Source: an uncultured Acidimicrobiaceae bacterium (GTDB lineage: Bacteria; Actinomycetota; Acidimicrobiia; Spongiisociales; UBA5794). From it: a DNA stretch of 61,288 nucleotides. The translations under genes were made by a program, and so were the position numbers. The stretch is taken from NCBI GenBank assembly GCA_964632475.1, contig CAZWDQ010000003.1, positions 1-61,288 of the forward strand, in the 5' to 3' direction. The notes beneath the pieces are model-generated. The model ran no database searches, was not told where the DNA came from, and saw only the letters and a program-made list of their open reading frames with translations. Below, in pieces: positions 18,615-28,773 of this stretch (its first letter is position 1; each line of letters begins with the position of its first letter).

Positions 18615-19266
18615 AGCATTCCTCTCCCGGGTGCGGTCGAGCGTCGACCGCTCGACCCTTCCGAACGGACCGGCAACCGACCCGGGCCCGCTCACTCCGG
18701 ACCTACCGACCGTTGATCTCACCGAACGATTCGCCACCGCCCTCGAGACGGTCTCTGGAACGCTGCACATTGGAGAAGGGCTCGCAGCGCTCGATCAGAT
18801 CATCGAACGATACGGCCCTGGCCCATTCCTGGCATGGGAGGAGCCGGAACTCCCGATCACCGGCGCTGCTCAGCGCTTCCTCAACACCGGATGCAGCCTG
18901 ACCGACGGCACCGTCCCCCGTTCGGCTGAGGGCAGACTCGACCATCAGCGGGAGTACTTCGATGTGAAATACGGTCTCACCGGGGCCGAAGCAGCCTTCG
19001 CCGAGACCGGCTCAATCGTGGTCCGCTCCGGAGCCGGACGCCCCCGGATGGCTTCACTCATCCCCCTGATCCACGTGGTCCTGCTCCCGGCTGATCGGAT
19101 CTTCCGCTCCCCGATGCACTGGCTCACCGAGTCGGGAAGCAACGCCGCCGGTGCGGCCAACGTCGTCTACATCACGGGACCAAGCCGAACCGCAGACATC
19201 GAACAGAAGATCACCCTCGGCGTCCACGGACCGAGAGAACTCCACGTCGTCCTTGTCCCGGCATAA
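18604..19266 (+). CDS. lutC: lactate utilization protein C (LUD domain)
   Basis: ORF 18532..19266 trimmed to the ATG at 18604 (MEREAFLSRV), an 11-nt overlap with lutB. Assigned by position and size. Confidence 0.8.
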   Translation: MEREAFLSRVRSSVDRSTLPNGPATDPGPLTPDLPTVDLTERFATALETVSGTLHIGEGLAALDQIIERYGPGPFLAWEEPELPITGAAQRFLNTGCSLTDGTVPRSAEGRLDHQREYFDVKYGLTGAEAAFAETGSIVVRSGAGRPRMASLIPLIHVVLLPADRIFRSPMHWLTESGSNAAGAANVVYITGPSRTADIEQKITLGVHGPRELHVVLVPA

Positions 19267-19352
19267 CTGCGATCGTGTTCGTGAATTGTGCTGATACCGG
19301 GAGATGACTCCGGCGAGGGTTCTGCCGCCGCCCCCGGGTAGTCTGCCCTGGC

Positions 19353-20597
19353 ATGAATCAGCCCTCACCCGCAGGACGGAAGAACTCGACCGCGGGTCGT
19401 CAGGGCCGTCGAGAGTTCCTCGTTCTGATGGCCGCGGCATCGGCAATCGCTGCTATTTCGATCGACGCGATGCTCCCCGCGTTCGGTGATGTTCGCGAGT
19501 ACCTGGGATTGCCGTCCGACTCGTCATCCGTGGCGCTGGTTGTGACGGTCTTCATCGGAGGCCTCGGAGTCGGACAGTTCGTATACGGACCTCTCGCCGA
19601 CCGCTTCGGCCGCAAACCGGTGTTCATCGCCGGGTTGGTTCTCTACTCGATAGCCGGGTTCGCCACGACGATGGCAACATCGCTTGGTGCGCTCCTCGTG
19701 GGCCGATTCTTCTGGGGACTCGGCGCGGCCGGGCCACGGGTCGTCTCGCAGGCGCTTCTCCGCGACCGATTCCGGGGAGACGTCCTGGCACGGGCAATGG
19801 CCGTCATCCTGACCATCTTCTTGATCGTGCCGACGCTTGCACCGATGCTTGGCCAAGCCCTGCTCCAGTTCGGGTCGTGGAGGTACACCTTCGCCGTCGG
19901 GCCGGTCTTCGGAGTGATCGTCGCTCTGTGGGCCACGAGACTCAGCGAGTCGCTCAAGCCGAGTGATCGACGCCCCATAGATATCCGAACCCTGTTACGA
20001 ACAGTCCTTGAGATCCTGCGAACACGACGAACACTCGGCAACTCGGTTGCCTTGATGGTCATGGGCGCAGCGTTCCTCCCCTATCTGGCATCATCCGAAA
20101 GGATGTACGGAGAGATCTACGGTCGCGCCGACACATTCTTCCTGTTCTTCGCTGCCGGCTCTGTCACGATGGCGGGATTCACGATGGCCTCCGTGTGGTT
20201 GGTCAGGCGGATCGGTACGCGTCGCACAACGGCCGGCACCATCGCCCTGTTGCTACTCGTAGCGGTGGTGAATGTGACCGTCACGCTCGTCTCTGATGGC
20301 GTTCCCACGTTCGTCTTCTTCTTCGTGACGACGACCGTGTTGATCTCTCTGAACACAGCGCTGACTCCGCTGCTGACTTCGAGTGCACTCGATGAGGTCG
20401 GGTTCGCCGCAGGAACGGCCGCATCGACGATCGGCGTCATCAGTCTTCTGGGAGGTGCTCTGCTCTCGCCGCTGGTTGATACCGCTATCAAAGAGACCGT
20501 GACTCCATTCGCCGTCGGGTTCCTCGTGTTCAGCCTGGTCGCCGCTCTCGCCGTTGCGTGGGCCAACAAGAATCAACTGCTCGCCAGAGTCGCGTGA
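19353..20597 (+). CDS. MFS transporter (Bcr/CflA-like)
   Basis: 414 aa with about 12 hydrophobic segments. The MFS loop motif reads GPLADRFGRKPV. Confidence 0.85.
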   Translation: MNQPSPAGRKNSTAGRQGRREFLVLMAAASAIAAISIDAMLPAFGDVREYLGLPSDSSSVALVVTVFIGGLGVGQFVYGPLADRFGRKPVFIAGLVLYSIAGFATTMATSLGALLVGRFFWGLGAAGPRVVSQALLRDRFRGDVLARAMAVILTIFLIVPTLAPMLGQALLQFGSWRYTFAVGPVFGVIVALWATRLSESLKPSDRRPIDIRTLLRTVLEILRTRRTLGNSVALMVMGAAFLPYLASSERMYGEIYGRADTFFLFFAAGSVTMAGFTMASVWLVRRIGTRRTTAGTIALLLLVAVVNVTVTLVSDGVPTFVFFFVTTTVLISLNTALTPLLTSSALDEVGFAAGTAASTIGVISLLGGALLSPLVDTAIKETVTPFAVGFLVFSLVAALAVAWANKNQLLARVA

Positions 20598-20640
20598 GAC
20601 AGAAGGGAGGGCATTCGTCACAGCGATCGCTTCCATGTGG

Positions 20641-22185
20641 TCAGGGAGTTCCCCAACCTCCGCCGCCCGGGGTCAGGACTCGGAGGCGATCGCCCGGTTC
20701 TACTTCGATCGTGCACTTGCCGGGGAGTCGCTCGCCGACGCCGCCACGGATCAGCCAGTCTTCACCGACGCCACCCGGTTCACCACCTTGGAGTCCCCAC
20801 GGCTGGAGACGCCTGCGTTCACCCATGAGAGACACGGTGGCGGGCGATTGGAACTCGATCTCTCGCTCGATGCCCTCACCCCCGCGATAGCGCCCACGCC
20901 CGCCGGAGCCGGACCGCAGCCGGTAGGTGACGATCTTGAACGGGTAGTGCGCTTCGAGCGATTCGACCGGGGTGTTCTTCGTATTCGTCATCCCCGTGTG
21001 GATCCCCGACTGGCCGGGGCTACCGGGTCGGCCGCCCTGGCCACCCCCGACCGTCTCGTAGTAGGCAAACTCGTCGTTGCCGATGAGCACGTTGTTCATC
21101 GTGCCCTGGCTCGCTGCGGGAACCCGATCGGGGGCCGCCTGGGCGAGGGCACCGAGCAGTGTGTCGGCGATCCGCTGGCTCGTTTCGACGTTGCCGGCTG
21201 CGACGGCGGCGGGTCGCTCTGCGTCGACGATCGTCCCGGGTTGTGTAGTGAGGGTCAGCGGTCGATAGCAACCGCCGTTCGCCGGGATCGTCGGATCAGT
21301 CGCGACCCGGACTGCGTAGTAGAGACATGAGCGCGTGACGGCCTGGACGGCGTTGATGTTTCCAGCGATCTGAGGAGTGGTCCCTGCGAAATCCGCTTCG
21401 AGTTGGTCACCGTCAATCGTGACCGTCGCGGTGATCGGAAGATCCTCGTCACCCCACTCGAGGAAGTCGGTGAACCGATATGTCCCATCCGGTAGCTCCC
21501 CGATGGCTGCTGCGGTTCTTCGCTCCCCGTATGACAGCAGAGCCGCGGTAACGGCGCGCCATCGGTCGATGCCTTCGGAAGTAACAAGGTGCTCGATCCG
21601 CAGTGCCCCCGCCTCGTTCGCTCCCATCTGAGCAGAAAGGTCGCCGAGGCGTTCGGCGGGGGTTCGGGTCGCCGCCATGAACGGGTCGATGAATGACTCG
21701 ATCCACGCACCATCGCGGACCGCCGGCATCGGTGAGACGATGTGCCCCTCCTGCTGAACTCGAGTGGCATGCGCCGGCATCGATCCGGGGGCTTCTCCAC
21801 CGACGTCTGCATGGTGGGCACGATTCGCTACCCAAGCGACAACAAGACCATCGACGAAGACGGGACGAACGAGCGTCAAGTCATTGAGATGCGTCCCTCC
21901 CTCGTATGGGTCATTGACGGCGAACTGGGTCCCCGGTTCAACGTCGGTTCCGAACCGTTCGAGCATCGCGGCAACCGAGGCAGGCATTGATCCGAGGTGA
22001 ACGGGTATGTGTTCGGCCTGGGCAAGCATCTCACCGGCCGGGTCGAACAACGCGGCGGAGCAGTCGGCTCGTTCTTTGATGTTCGGCGAATACGCGGTTC
22101 GTCGCAGCACGATCCCCATGTCGTCTGCGATGGCTTCCAGCCGGTTCCTCGCTACTTCGAGCGTGATCGGATCGACGGTCACCAT
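20641..22185 (-). CDS. hyuB: hydantoinase B / oxoprolinase family protein
   Basis: 630-aa ORF trimmed to M117 (MVTVDPITLEVARNRLEAIADDMG), preceded by GGAGG. Lies directly after the hyuA stop at 22179. Confidence 0.9.
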   Translation of the reverse strand: MVTVDPITLEVARNRLEAIADDMGIVLRRTAYSPNIKERADCSAALFDPAGEMLAQAEHIPVHLGSMPASVAAMLERFGTDVEPGTQFAVNDPYEGGTHLNDLTLVRPVFVDGLVVAWVANRAHHADVGGEAPGSMPAHATRVQQEGHIVSPMPAVRDGAWIESFIDPFMAATRTPAERLGDLSAQMGANEAGALRIEHLVTSEGIDRWRAVTAALLSYGERRTAAAIGELPDGTYRFTDFLEWGDEDLPITATVTIDGDQLEADFAGTTPQIAGNINAVQAVTRSCLYYAVRVATDPTIPANGGCYRPLTLTTQPGTIVDAERPAAVAAGNVETSQRIADTLLGALAQAAPDRVPAASQGTMNNVLIGNDEFAYYETVGGGQGGRPGSPGQSGIHTGMTNTKNTPVESLEAHYPFKIVTYRLRSGSGGRGRYRGGEGIEREIEFQSPATVSLMGERRRLQPWGLQGGEPGGVGEDWLIRGGVGERLPGKCTIEVEPGDRLRVLTPGGGGWGTP

Positions 22186-24071
22186 GTCACCTCCAGAGCA
22201 CCGAAGGGGGAGACCACGGCTCGTTCGCCCGGACCGATCCACGTGGTTGCCTCGGATTCCTCGATCACGGCCGGTCCGTCGATCAGAGACCCGACGGCGA
22301 GTGCGGCCCGATTCCACACACTCACTTCGACCGGGCCCGAGTCTGAGATCGCCATCCTCGTTCCGATCCGTGCGTCGCCAACCGGTGACCAGAAGAACGC
22401 CGTCTCTGACTCGATCGCCGGCGATCCCGTCGCGGTCGCCCGGACTGTGACGACCTCGATCGGATCGCCAGGACGGGAGAAACCGTTGCGCTTTCGGTGC
22501 AGCCTGTGGAAGCGTTCGGCGAGCACCTCCCACCCGTCCCCGACGGTGTGCGGGACGGTGACCTCGTGGGATTGGCCGACGTAGCGAACGTCGACGAGAG
22601 TCTCGATGGTTCCGCCGGGGAGACGTCGGGCCGCTTCGTCGCCGATTCCGCCGATGACGGCATCCGGATCCTCTCCCTCGGCAAGCATGACGCTCCGCGC
22701 CAGGTCGACACGGGGCGGACTGAGCAGCAGGCCCGCAGCCGAGAAGACTCCGCCGTGGGGAGGGATGATGACCCCTGCCATGTCAAGCGATCTAGCGAGT
22801 GCAGTGGCGTGAAGGCCACCGGCCCCGCCGAATGCCACAAGCCAGGCGTCACGAGGATCAGTGCCCTGCTCGATGGAGACAGTTCGGATCGCCCCGGCCA
22901 TGACCTCCTCGACGACTCGAACCAGGCCCAGGGCGGTCTCATGAACCGTCAGTCCCAGAGGCTCCCCGAGATCGGAGACAACCGTTTCAGATAGGCGCCG
23001 GTCGATCGTGAGCCGGCCGCCAAGCGAGGCGTCTGGAGCGATCCTGCCAAGGACAACGCTCGCATCTGTGACGGTCGTCTCGCTGCCACCTCTCCTGTAA
23101 CAGGCGGGCCCGGGCTCGGCTCCTGCGCTCCGGGGGCCAACACGAAGCGAGCCGCCCGGATCGATCCATCCGATGCTCCCTCCCCCTGCCCCGACCGTGT
23201 GGATCGCGGTGGACGGCATCCGACAGGGGTATCCGGCGACCGCCCGTTCGTAGGAGATCTCAGGCTTGCCGTTCTGGATTCGGCAGACATCCGTTGATGT
23301 ACCGCCCATGTCGAACGCGATGATGTGGTTGCGACCAAGTGCAGCCCCGATCGCTGCAGCAGCGACAACGCCGCCGGCCGGACCGGACAGCAAGATGGAT
23401 GCCGGGAGAGACGCTGCATCGGAGCCACTGATCAGGCCCCCCGAGGAGCGCATGACGGCGACGGCATCGGCGAGTCCGCTCGAGCGCACGCCGTCTTCGA
23501 GTCTCGCGAGGTAGTCGGCGACAATCGGTATGAGATACGCGTTCAGAACGGTTGTGGAAGTCCGCTCGAACTCTCGGAACTCGGCAACAACGTTGCTCGA
23601 AAGCGACACGGCGATCCCCGGTGCGAGTCGCGCCACCTGGCTCCCTATCGCCTGTTCCTGAGATGGATCCTCATATGAGCGGAGCAGGCTGACGGCGACG
23701 GATTCGAAGACGCTGAGATCCACATCCGCGAGACTCGAGACACGGTCGCCCCGCCCGACGAGCGGCTCCGGCCGATCGACGAACGGGTCGTAGAGGCTCG
23801 GACGATCCTGGCGGCCGATCTCGATGACATCTTCGAATCCGGGGGATGTCACCAGCAAGGTGCGCGCCCCCGTTCTCTCGAGCAGTGCGTTCGTTGCGGC
23901 CGTCGTCCCATGGAGGAAGGTCTCGACGTGATCAGCGAGTTCCGCTGCTCCCTGGAGGACGGCTTCACTCTGATCGGCTGTCGTCGTCGGAAGCTTCGCC
24001 GTGCGGATCTCCGAACCGTCCCAGAGGAACAAATCCGTGAACGTGCCTCCGACGTCGACCCCGAGAATCAT
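22179..24071 (-). CDS. hyuA: hydantoinase A / oxoprolinase family protein
   Basis: N-terminus MILGVDVGGTFTDLFL and internal FDMGGTSTDV are ASKHA-fold hydantoinase_A motifs. Confidence 0.9.
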   Translation of the reverse strand: MILGVDVGGTFTDLFLWDGSEIRTAKLPTTTADQSEAVLQGAAELADHVETFLHGTTAATNALLERTGARTLLVTSPGFEDVIEIGRQDRPSLYDPFVDRPEPLVGRGDRVSSLADVDLSVFESVAVSLLRSYEDPSQEQAIGSQVARLAPGIAVSLSSNVVAEFREFERTSTTVLNAYLIPIVADYLARLEDGVRSSGLADAVAVMRSSGGLISGSDAASLPASILLSGPAGGVVAAAAIGAALGRNHIIAFDMGGTSTDVCRIQNGKPEISYERAVAGYPCRMPSTAIHTVGAGGGSIGWIDPGGSLRVGPRSAGAEPGPACYRRGGSETTVTDASVVLGRIAPDASLGGRLTIDRRLSETVVSDLGEPLGLTVHETALGLVRVVEEVMAGAIRTVSIEQGTDPRDAWLVAFGGAGGLHATALARSLDMAGVIIPPHGGVFSAAGLLLSPPRVDLARSVMLAEGEDPDAVIGGIGDEAARRLPGGTIETLVDVRYVGQSHEVTVPHTVGDGWEVLAERFHRLHRKRNGFSRPGDPIEVVTVRATATGSPAIESETAFFWSPVGDARIGTRMAISDSGPVEVSVWNRAALAVGSLIDGPAVIEESEATTWIGPGERAVVSPFGALEVTW

Positions 24072-24170
24072 CGCCTGCTCCTTTGGGAGCAGACAGACAA
24101 CAGGCCACCGCCAACAGCAAGAGAGCTATGACCGCTCTCGGTTGTGCGGGCGCTAGCCTCGGCGAACGAT

Positions 24171-24428
24171 ATGGCAGTACAGATCTCCAACACACCCAAT
24201 CCCAATGCCCTGAAGTTCTCCGTTGGCGTTGATGTCGGCGGTCCCGCAACGTTCGTCGCCGGAAGCGACATCGACGATCCCATGGCCGCTGCGCTGCTCG
24301 CGATCGACGGAGTGACGAGCATGTTCATGACGGCCGATTTCGTGACGCTGTCCAAGACGCCGGATACATCGTGGGACGCTATCGCTCCTGAGGCAACTGG
24401 CATCCTCGAACAGCGATTCGGAGCCTGA
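24171..24428 (+). CDS. NifU N-terminal (Nfu_N) domain protein
   Basis: ORF trimmed to the ATG at 24171. MAVQISNTPNPNALKF is the canonical Nfu_N start. Confidence 0.75.
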   Translation: MAVQISNTPNPNALKFSVGVDVGGPATFVAGSDIDDPMAAALLAIDGVTSMFMTADFVTLSKTPDTSWDAIAPEATGILEQRFGA

Positions 24429-24435
24429 GAGGCAG

Positions 24436-25140
24436 TCAGGGCCGCTGTCCCCTCACGATGATCCAGGGGAGCGTCAGGACGATGGGGAACCGCACGGGCG
24501 GCTGCAGCGACTCGCCGGTCCGTTCGAGCAGTCGATCGAGCGCGGTTGGATCAAGGGCACCGGTCCCGGGCCAGATTCCGGACCGGACTGCCTCGACGCC
24601 GTCTGCTGCGGACTCGATCACTGCGATCGGGAGATCGGCCTTGGTCTCGGTGACGTCTCGCAAACCCGCTCGAACGGCGTCGACGCCCAGCACGTCGGCC
24701 GCCCGAAACCGGTAACGGGCGCCCGCCGCTGCCTCTGGTTCGCTGCGGTAGAACAACCCGTAGCGCCGAGCCGCCGGCATCGAAGAGGTGAGAGCCTTCG
24801 CATCGATGTCTCCGATCCAAACGGTGCCACCTGGTCGGACCACACGCATTGCTTCTTCCATCACCGAGCCGATGCCGGCAGGGGTCTCCCATGCGGACAG
24901 AAGCACAGCGGCGTCGAACGAATCCGCTTCGAATCCGGTCGCAGTCGGACTGGCCCCGTCCGGTACCGGCCCCACACCCAAGGTCGCGACGCCCAGCGCG
25001 GTACCACCCGTGGGTTCCGGGAGCTGATCGGCGAGGATCTCGGCGTGCGGGCCAACGAGAAGTGTGTCTGCACCACCCGCGGCTCCCAGGTCGTGCATGG
25101 TCGAGATCCAGGCGTCTCGGAGCGTTCGCTGTTGCTGCAT
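24436..25140 (-). CDS. class I SAM-dependent methyltransferase
   Basis: 234 aa. Methyltransferase post-I/II-like segment FDAAVLLSAWE..VVRPGGTVWIGD. Confidence 0.7.
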   Translation of the reverse strand: MQQQRTLRDAWISTMHDLGAAGGADTLLVGPHAEILADQLPEPTGGTALGVATLGVGPVPDGASPTATGFEADSFDAAVLLSAWETPAGIGSVMEEAMRVVRPGGTVWIGDIDAKALTSSMPAARRYGLFYRSEPEAAAGARYRFRAADVLGVDAVRAGLRDVTETKADLPIAVIESAADGVEAVRSGIWPGTGALDPTALDRLLERTGESLQPPVRFPIVLTLPWIIVRGQRP

Positions 25141-25188
25141 GGCGCTCAGCGTAGTTGCCGTCCGCTGCGGTTCAGCGGGGTCCGGCGC

Positions 25189-26025
25189 CTACGCTCCAGG
25201 GATCGTGTCGGATCGCATGACCACCGGCCAGCGGTTGCCTGAACGATCACCGATCGTAAAGACCACGCGCCATTCTGGGCCTGCAGCGCCAGACTCGATC
25301 ACTTCAGGGTTCTCGTCGAACATCCCGGCGTAGTCGAGCGTGGCGGTGATCGCCTCATCGTGCGCTTGCCCGGTCGTCACCATCCAGCCGTCGATGGCGT
25401 GATACACCGGCGGAAGGATCGGAATCGGAAGCTCTTCAACAGCGGTTTCGCCATCCGCTACGGCGATCAGCACATCGACAGCGCGTACGGGACCGCGGAC
25501 AAAGGCACCGTCCGGCTCCTCGGTAAGGCTTCGAAAGACGACGGAGATGGCGTAGCCGTTCATCGTTGGCCGCACGTCGAATGCCCTCGCCCACTCAACA
25601 TACGAGACTCCCATGCCGTCACCCGTAGGTAGAGCCGGGACGGCGGCATCGTTGACGAACGCCAACGGCAGCTCCTCCGGTATCGGCCCATCGACGGTGA
25701 AGTAGTCGGTGACGAACCACTCAGCTCGGGCGATGGCAGCGAGTTCGGCGACAGCGGGGACGACCGCCATGAGGTCGGCTTCCGACTGGGCGGCGATCGT
25801 CGTCGACGATTTGCTCTCAACAATCACGGCCTCAGACGTGGTGGTCTCGACCGGGGTGGCCAGCACCGGCTGCTCCCCATGGCCCGGTGCAGTGAGCCAA
25901 CGGACGCCGACGAATCCCCCGACGACCGCGACGATGACGGCTGCTGCGATGTAGAGCGTCTTCGCACGCCCTTGACGATGCTCAGTTAGCAGTGTGCTCC
26001 AGGGGATTTCCTCATATTCATCCAT
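25189..26025 (-). CDS. membrane-anchored protein of unknown function
   Basis: 278 aa with a single N-terminal TM helix (LYIAAAVIVAVVGGFVGV). No family recognised. Confidence 0.55.
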   Translation of the reverse strand: MDEYEEIPWSTLLTEHRQGRAKTLYIAAAVIVAVVGGFVGVRWLTAPGHGEQPVLATPVETTTSEAVIVESKSSTTIAAQSEADLMAVVPAVAELAAIARAEWFVTDYFTVDGPIPEELPLAFVNDAAVPALPTGDGMGVSYVEWARAFDVRPTMNGYAISVVFRSLTEEPDGAFVRGPVRAVDVLIAVADGETAVEELPIPILPPVYHAIDGWMVTTGQAHDEAITATLDYAGMFDENPEVIESGAAGPEWRVVFTIGDRSGNRWPVVMRSDTIPGA

Positions 26026-26026
26026 G

Positions 26027-26506
26027 TCATCCCTCCGGGATCAGAAGTTGTTGGCCGGGGAAGATCAGGTTCGGGTTGTCACCGATGAGGGCCCGATTCG
26101 CCGCGTAGATCGCGGGCCAGAAGCGAGCGATTTCGGCGTTCGATGGACTCTGTCCGCTGCCCGAACGGAGAACGAAGGCGGCGATCTGCCACAAACTATC
26201 TCCGGGTTCTACAACGTATCCTGCGCCGGCCGATTGGGTTCGTTCGGTCTCGTGGACCAAAACTTGCGGATCTTCCGTGGCGGGTGGTGCCTCGTCGGCA
26301 AGGCGCACGATCGGTGGGGGAACCGTTGCAGTCGCCGTTCTCGGACGGGCAAGAACCGTCGCAAGGCTCGCAATCGTCAGGAGCACGGTGAGTGATCGGA
26401 TCGGAATCGGAATCCGAACGGCAGCAAGTCGACGTGTGAGGGCAGGTACCGAACTGAGAGCGCAGAGCGTCAGAGCGATGGCAGCGACACCGGAACAGAG
26501 GGCCAT
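26027..26506 (-). CDS. LysM domain protein
   Basis: ORF 26027..26656 trimmed to M51, so it no longer overlaps moaA. The C-terminal LysM reads YVVEPGDSLWQIAA..NLIFPGQQLLIP. Hydrophobic N-terminal segments. Confidence 0.65.
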   Translation of the reverse strand: MALCSGVAAIALTLCALSSVPALTRRLAAVRIPIPIRSLTVLLTIASLATVLARPRTATATVPPPIVRLADEAPPATEDPQVLVHETERTQSAGAGYVVEPGDSLWQIAAFVLRSGSGQSPSNAEIARFWPAIYAANRALIGDNPNLIFPGQQLLIPEG

Positions 26507-26606
26507 GGCAGGTTCCACGGCTCGAACATACAGTAAACCGTAAGTGACCTCAATAGGGGTGATCAGTACTGAGTGCCGAATACCGACTACCGACTGCGAG
26601 GCAGGC

Positions 26607-27611
26607 TCATCCGCCGATGTAGGACATCTCCACTTTGGGGAGTCCCAGCGAGACACCGGTTCGTTCTTCGCTGTAGCGATCGGAGCGCTCCTGCCACACC
26701 CCCGTGATGATCTCGACCAGTTCTTCGTCCGTCGACCCGGATCGCAGAGGTCCCCTCAGGTCGGTGCCGCGTGTTGCGAACAGGCATGTGTAGATCGAAC
26801 CGTCCGCCGAAAGTCGCAGACGCGTGCACTCTCCACAGAAGGGATTCGATACGGACGAGATCACGCCGATCTCTCCCTGTCCATCACGGTATCGCCAGCG
26901 ACTCACGACTTCGCCCGTGTAGTTCGGATCGATCGGATCCAGCGGCCACTCATCTGCGATGGCCGCAAGGATCTCCCCGGCGGTGACGACGTCCCCCATC
27001 TTCCAGTCGTTCGACGAACCCACGTCCATGTATTCGATGAACCGCACGATATGGCCGGTGCCGCGAAACGCGCCGGCGATGTCGACGAGAGAGTCGTCGT
27101 TGAGGCCCTTCTTGACGACGGTGTTGATCTTGACCGGCACAAGTCCTGCGTCCTTTGCGGCGTCGATGCCTTCGAGGACGCGCGCGACAGGGAAGTCCAC
27201 GTCCGCGGCTCCCCGGAAACTGGTGTCGTCGACAGCGTCGAGGCTTACGGTGACCCGGTTGAGTCCTGCATCGGCGAGCGCTGAGGCATGGCGGGCAAGC
27301 GTGCTTCCGTTCGTCGTCATGGCGATATCCGAGATGCCCGCTACGGAGGCGACTTTCGAGACCAGTTCGTCGAGATCGTGGCGCAGCAGTGGTTCGCCGC
27401 CAGTGAGTCGAACCTTCTCGACGCCGAGACCGGCGAAGATCCCCACGAGTCGCTCGATCTCCTCGAATGTCAGGATCTCGTCACGCGGGAGGTAGACGTG
27501 ATCCCGGTCGTACACATCGCGAGGCATGCAGTACGCGCAACGGAAGTTGCAGCGGTCCGTGACGGAAACGCGCAGATCGTGCAGCGGTCTCCCGAGAGTG
27601 TCTTGAAGCAT
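26607..27611 (-). CDS. moaA: GTP 3',8-cyclase (molybdenum cofactor biosynthesis protein A)
   Basis: LRVSVTDRCNFRCAYCMP radical-SAM motif and C-terminal NPFCGECTRLRLSADG. Confidence 0.92.
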   Translation of the reverse strand: MLQDTLGRPLHDLRVSVTDRCNFRCAYCMPRDVYDRDHVYLPRDEILTFEEIERLVGIFAGLGVEKVRLTGGEPLLRHDLDELVSKVASVAGISDIAMTTNGSTLARHASALADAGLNRVTVSLDAVDDTSFRGAADVDFPVARVLEGIDAAKDAGLVPVKINTVVKKGLNDDSLVDIAGAFRGTGHIVRFIEYMDVGSSNDWKMGDVVTAGEILAAIADEWPLDPIDPNYTGEVVSRWRYRDGQGEIGVISSVSNPFCGECTRLRLSADGSIYTCLFATRGTDLRGPLRSGSTDEELVEIITGVWQERSDRYSEERTGVSLGLPKVEMSYIGG

Positions 27612-27645
27612 CAGTCAGAGGCTACCGAACGCTCGGCGCTGCGGG

Positions 27646-28773
27646 TCAACGAGCCAGGTCGAGAAACTCGTTGCGGGTTCGTGCGTCGTCTTTGAATGTG
27701 CCGCGCATCGCGCTCGTGATCATGGCGCTCTCCTGTTTCTGAACGCCTCGCATCATCATGCACAAGTGCCGCCCCTCCATGACCACGGCGACGCCATGCG
27801 GATCGAGGATGTCGGTCAGGGCATCGGCGACCTGATTGGTCAGACGCTCCTGGACCTGAAGTCGGCGGGCAAACACGTCGACGATGCGCGCGATCTTCGA
27901 CAATCCGATGATCTTGCCCCTCGGCAGATACGCCACGGCCGCCTTTCCGAAGAACGGGAGCATGTGGTGCTCGCACATTGAGTAGAACTCGACATCCTTG
28001 ACAAGCACCATCTCCTCGGCACCCTCCGCGTCGAACACGGCGTTGTTGACAACCTCGTCGAGAGACGTCGAGTACCCGCTGGTCAGGAAATCCATTGCTT
28101 TCGCCACTCGCAGTGGCGTACGCACAAGACCTTCGCGCTCCGGATCTTCTCCGATCTCGACGAGTTGCTGACGTACCAGACTCTCGAGTTTCGGCGCATA
28201 CACGTCGACGGTGTCGTCGAGATCCTCTGGCCCCCTGGGGGAATATGGTGCGTTGAGTTGAATCGCCATGACGGGTCGAACCTCTCCGGCTCCGATTTGT
28301 TCCGCGATCTCCGAAGCGGTCCTGCCATCTGAGGGGTGGATCCAGTCGGGAGCGACCTCCGCGACGGGGATCGCAACGTGGGCCGCAGTTCCGGCCATCG
28401 GGTCGGGCAGCACCCACCCGTCGACGTCGAGTTCGAGATCTCCGTAGTAGACGATGTCGAGATCGATCCGTCTCGGCGCGTTCGCGTCGTCGCTTCGTTC
28501 CCGCCCGAGTTCGATCTCGATCGACCGCAGTGTCTCACGCAGTTCGACCGGCTCCAGCTCTGTGCAGATGGAGGCCGCAGCGTTGAAGAAGTTGGGCGCA
28601 TCTTCTGGTCCCCCGACCGATGGGCTCTCATAGAAACGGCTCACGCGCTCGACGGTGATGTGGTCGGCGCGTCGCAGCATCCGGATCGCTTCGGGGAGGT
28701 TGCGCTCCTTCTCGATGTTCGACCCGATCACCACTATCGCATGGACCGTGCCGTCACTCATCGTCGTCTCCAT
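27646..28773 (-). CDS. folKE: bifunctional HPPK (FolK) / GTP cyclohydrolase I (FolE) fusion
   Basis: N-terminal HPPK ([35 protein letters not shown]). C-terminal GCH-I ([23 protein letters not shown]). An alternative ATG lies at 28761. Confidence 0.88.
   Translation of the reverse strand: METTMSDGTVHAIVVIGSNIEKERNLPEAIRMLRRADHITVERVSRFYESPSVGGPEDAPNFFNAAASICTELEPVELRETLRSIEIELGRERSDDANAPRRIDLDIVYYGDLELDVDGWVLPDPMAGTAAHVAIPVAEVAPDWIHPSDGRTASEIAEQIGAGEVRPVMAIQLNAPYSPRGPEDLDDTVDVYAPKLESLVRQQLVEIGEDPEREGLVRTPLRVAKAMDFLTSGYSTSLDEVVNNAVFDAEGAEEMVLVKDVEFYSMCEHHMLPFFGKAAVAYLPRGKIIGLSKIARIVDVFARRLQVQERLTNQVADALTDILDPHGVAVVMEGRHLCMMMRGVQKQESAMITSAMRGTFKDDARTRNEFLDLAR

Noticed and set aside
20641-22533. 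Long N-terminal extensions offered by the ORF track (hyuB 630 aa, fxsA 210 aa, histidine kinase 505 aa, LysM protein 209 aa, metK 433 aa, glcE 413 aa).
   Set aside because: The extensions overlap the upstream genes, are Arg/Pro/Gly-rich and precede canonical family N-termini. I chose internal starts with RBS or coupled overlaps instead.
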